27,113 bases of DNA from Macrostomum lignano (Eukaryota): the NCBI GenBank assembly GCA_002269645.1, contig NIVC01005068.1, forward strand, positions 1 to 27,113, written 5' to 3'. The notes below the pieces were generated by a model. The model did no database searches and had not been told where the DNA came from. It saw only the letters and a program-made list of their open reading frames with translations. The first letter of the stretch is position 1; every line of letters starts with the position of its first letter. This document shows positions 24,124 to 27,113 of this stretch, one piece after another. The translations under genes and the position numbers were made by a program.

Positions 24124-24175
24124 ATATTCTCGCGGTTTGGCACAGTGCAGAAGATAGTCATCTTCAGCAAGAACA
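24124..24175 (+). CDS. ptbp: PTB-like protein, coding exon 6 ([17 protein letters not shown])
   Basis: Acceptor ccttgcAG, donor A|GTGAGT, 52 nt, phase 0/1. Aligns with IFSKFGTVLKIITFTKN. Confidence 0.95.
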
Positions 24176-24807
24176 GTGAGTGCTCCCTTTGCCTGAAATG
24201 GCCACCAAAGCATCGAATCTGGGCGGGTCGAGTCGCTTTCGAATGGCCTTTGAAGTCGGAGCGTGGCTGGCGTCTCTCTTTCCTCTTCTCTAAACTCAGC
24301 GCAGAAGACGCGGAGCTGCCTGAAGAGTCTGGGAAGGGGGGGGCGGACGAAATTAAATTTCCACTGAGGCTCCGCCGCCCGCCGCCTCCTCTTTCATCCT
24401 GGCGGCTCTGGGGGAGTTGCTGAAGGCAGCGGTGTGTTTGTGTTGTATTGCCGTGTCGATTGCAATATCCCCCCACAGCCTCCGCCTTAGCTTCTTGGCT
24501 GCATCGGGACTCGGTGGATTGGATCTCTAATGTCATTTTTCTCTCTGCCCCCCCTCCATCTCCATCTACACTCCGAGCTCCTTTCTCATAGTGGGGCAAA
24601 TTTTTGAGAGCAAAAATGCAGCAAGAACGCACAGGATTGCTCAGAATTTGGCGGTGCGCCTACCCGCCTACTCAAAACTTTGTTGTAGGCTGGTGCTCTG
24701 AGGGATGGTTTGGAATCGAACTGGAGTCCGAGAGCTCTTCCTGCCATTCACTTTTCTTAATCTTATTGTCTCTCTTTACTGCGGATTAATTGTTGGATGT
24801 TTTGCAG

Positions 24808-24866
24808 ACACGTTCCAGGCTCTCATCCAGATGGGAAGCTCCACTGAGGCTCTGACGGCAAAACTG
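24808..24866 (+). CDS. ptbp: PTB-like protein, coding exon 7 (NTFQALIQMGSSTEALTAKL)
   Basis: Acceptor ttttgcAG, donor CTG|GTGAGA, 59 nt, phase 1/0. Aligns with NQFQALLQY..SAQHAKL. Confidence 0.93.
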
Positions 24867-24873
24867 GTGAGAC

Positions 24874-25295
24874 TGGGATGAGATGAGATCTAAGATTGGG
24901 ATGAGATGGGATATGAGATTGGAGTGAGATGGGAACTGGGACTGGCATGACATGGAATCTTAGATTACGATGAGATGGGATCTGAGATTTGGATGAGATG
25001 AGATCTGAGATTGGGATGAGATGGATCTGAGATTGGAGTGAGATGGGATCTGACATTGGGATGAGATGGGATCGGAGATTTGGAAGACATGGGATCTGGG
25101 ATTGGAGTGACATGGGATCTGAAATTGGGATGCTCGTAGATCTGAGAGATGTTATCTTAGAATGGGGTGAGATGGGATATAAGAATGGTGGGACAGGGGA
25201 TAGGATCCAAGATTCGAATAAAAGACGAAATCTAAGAGCAAGATAGGCTTGGATCCGTGGGATAAGATGGGATGGGATATGAGAATGGGATTGCT
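24874..25295. repeat. Degenerate GGGATGAGAT/GAGATTGG low-complexity repeat in intron 7
   Basis: Recurrent GGGAT, GAGAT and CTGAGATT motifs with irregular period. Confidence 0.8.
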
Positions 25296-25456
25296 TGGTG
25301 ATCTGTGGAATGATAGGGGTCTCAGAATAGGACGGGAGTTGGGATTTAAAGCATGGGATTTTAGGGGGCCTCCAGCAGAATGAACGGAGGGAAAAATTCT
25401 AGAGGAGTCTAAGTGACCGGATGCTTTTGGTCACTTCGCAACCACTCCGCTTTCAG

Positions 25457-25631
25457 ATCCTGAACGACCAGAACATCTACAACGGCTGCTGCACTCTCCG
25501 CATCGACTTCAGCAAGCTCAACAACTTGAACGTGAAATTCAACAACGACAAGAGTCGCGATTTCACCGTTGCCAGGGCGCCCGGAGACTATCCGTTCGCC
25601 TACTTTGACCCCAATATGACACCCCATCTCG
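25457..25631 (+). CDS. ptbp: PTB-like protein, coding exon 8 (RRM2 end: [42 protein letters not shown])
   Basis: Acceptor ccgctttcAG, donor G|GTGAGT, 175 nt, phase 0/1. Near-identical to the PTB signature [33 protein letters not shown]. Confidence 0.97.
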
Positions 25632-25641
25632 GTGAGTCTTT

Positions 25642-25883
25642 TAGTCTATGGCCAAGCCTGACTTAAGCTCCGCTCTGTCGGTACACAATAAATATATATT
25701 AGTCTATGGCTAAGCCTGACTTAAGCTCCACACTGTCGGTACACAATAGATATTAGTCTATGGCCAAGCCTGACTTAAGCTCCACACTGTCGGTACACAA
25801 TAGATATTAGTCTATGCCAAGCCTGACTTAAGCTCGCCACTGTCGGCTGTGCACAATAGATATTAGTCTATGGCCCAGCCTGA
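25642..25883. repeat. 54-58 bp tandem repeat, ~4.4 copies, at the start of intron 8
   Basis: Unit TAGTCTATGGCCAAGCCTGACTTAAGCTCCACACTGTCGGTACACAATAGATAT, starting at 25642, 25700, 25754, 25808 and 25864 (partial). Confidence 0.93.
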
Positions 25884-26432
25884 TATATCACTCTGCGGTA
25901 TTCAATGCATAGTACCCTGCAAGTTTGAACTATCATTCAACAGAACCAGCTGTATAGCAATTAGCTGACAGCGAAACACAAGAAGATATTCGCTTTTAGT
26001 TTCTTTTGTGTCAAAAGCAGAAAAAATCGTGTTGGTCTCTCAAGCAACAATAGCTGCAGCTACGACTTGCTTGCGCGCGCCTCACAAGGAAGCCAAGAAT
26101 AAGAAATGAATAGAAAGTGAGACACACTGGGTGAGCAGGCTTCTGTTTGAGAGGTGAAAGCACGATTCACACACTTGGGTGCCGCAGCAGTTACACTGTG
26201 AATTTATTGGTACAAAGAGCTTTATAAAGCGAAAGGGGTCTCTTATTCATACCGAATGCAAAACTTGTCTCTCAACACAACAGAAACTTGTATACAATGG
26301 CGCATAGACTTGCATCAATGTCATGTCAATCTCGCAGGCTTCTCCAAGCATAGCAACCTTATTAGTAACTACGATTATGGAGTGCAGTATTCTCTCGCTA
26401 GCCCTCAAGTGATGCATGATTAATTTATGTGC

Positions 26433-26527
26433 GGACAGACAGACAGACAGATGAGACAGACAGATAGACAGACAGACAGACAGACACTAAGACAGACACT
26501 AAGACAAACACTAAGACAGACAGACAG

Positions 26528-26570
<43 letters not shown>

Positions 26571-26577
26571 GGACAGA

Positions 26578-26608
<31 letters not shown>

Positions 26609-26721
26609 AAGACAGACAGACAGACAGACAGAGCAACAGACAGACAGACAGACAGACACTAAGAACAGACACTAAGACAGACACTAAGACAGACAGACAG
26701 ACAGACAGACAGAGACAGACA

Positions 26722-26759
<38 letters not shown>

Positions 26760-26760
26760 C

Positions 26761-26813
<53 letters not shown>

Positions 26814-26814
26814 G

Positions 26815-26888
<74 letters not shown>

Positions 26889-26889
26889 A

Positions 26890-26925
<36 letters not shown>

Positions 26926-26955
26926 CACACAGACAAACAGACGGACAGACAGACA
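26433..26955. repeat. (AGAC)n microsatellite (reverse complement of TCTG) in intron 8
   Basis: Imperfect tetranucleotide run with ACAGACACTAAG triplets at 26480-26515 and 26652-26688. Confidence 0.97.
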
Positions 26956-27018
26956 GACACACAAACAGACGCAACACAAAGACAGCAAGCTGCAACAACA
27001 ATCGACCCTCTCTTCCAG

Positions 27019-27113
27019 AAGCAACACTATTTCCGGCTCTGTTTCCGGGTCTGCACACCGGGTTCGAATTCGCGCCGGCGGCGGCTCAATTCTTGGCTCC
27101 AACGCTGGACAGC
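27019..27113 (+). CDS. ptbp: PTB-like protein, probable coding exon 9 (partial; RRM2-RRM3 linker [32 protein letters not shown])
   Basis: Acceptor ccctctcttccAG at 27017-18. Phase 1 matches the exon 8 donor and the frame is open to the window end. Ala/Pro/Phe-rich like the PTB linker, but has no diagnostic motif. Confidence 0.7.

Noticed and set aside
25642-25883. CRISPR-like appearance of the 54-mer array (also the 23-26-mer at 10237-10515)
   Set aside because: Units are contiguous with no unique spacers, there are no cas genes, and the context is a eukaryotic intron.

Overview
Eukaryotic (metazoan) genomic DNA. The style (very dense, diverse micro/minisatellites; GC-rich exons with poly-Ala/Gln) is reminiscent of the flatworm Macrostomum lignano, but this is unverified inference. 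The window has three components. (1) A frameshifted Penelope-like retroelement (PLE) reverse transcriptase ORF on the minus strand at ~1-1790, running off the left edge. (2) The 5' part of a + strand polypyrimidine tract-binding protein (PTB/PTBP/hephaestus-like) gene: nine coding exons that I could splice in frame by hand (13022-27113), covering a low-complexity N-terminus, a bipartite NLS, RRM1, RRM2 and the start of the RRM2-3 linker. RRM3/4 lie beyond the right edge. (3) About 19 different tandem-repeat arrays, roughly half the window by hand tally, which account for nearly all long ORFs in the supplied track. Most interesting are candidate self-regulatory features in the PTB pre-mRNA: a 3.7 kb CU-rich array in intron 3, a 33-nt stop-containing candidate poison exon just downstream of it, and mutually complementary (TCTG)n/(AGAC)n arrays sharing a rare 12-mer variant that flank exons 6-8. 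No CRISPR array, rRNA or intact tRNA was found.
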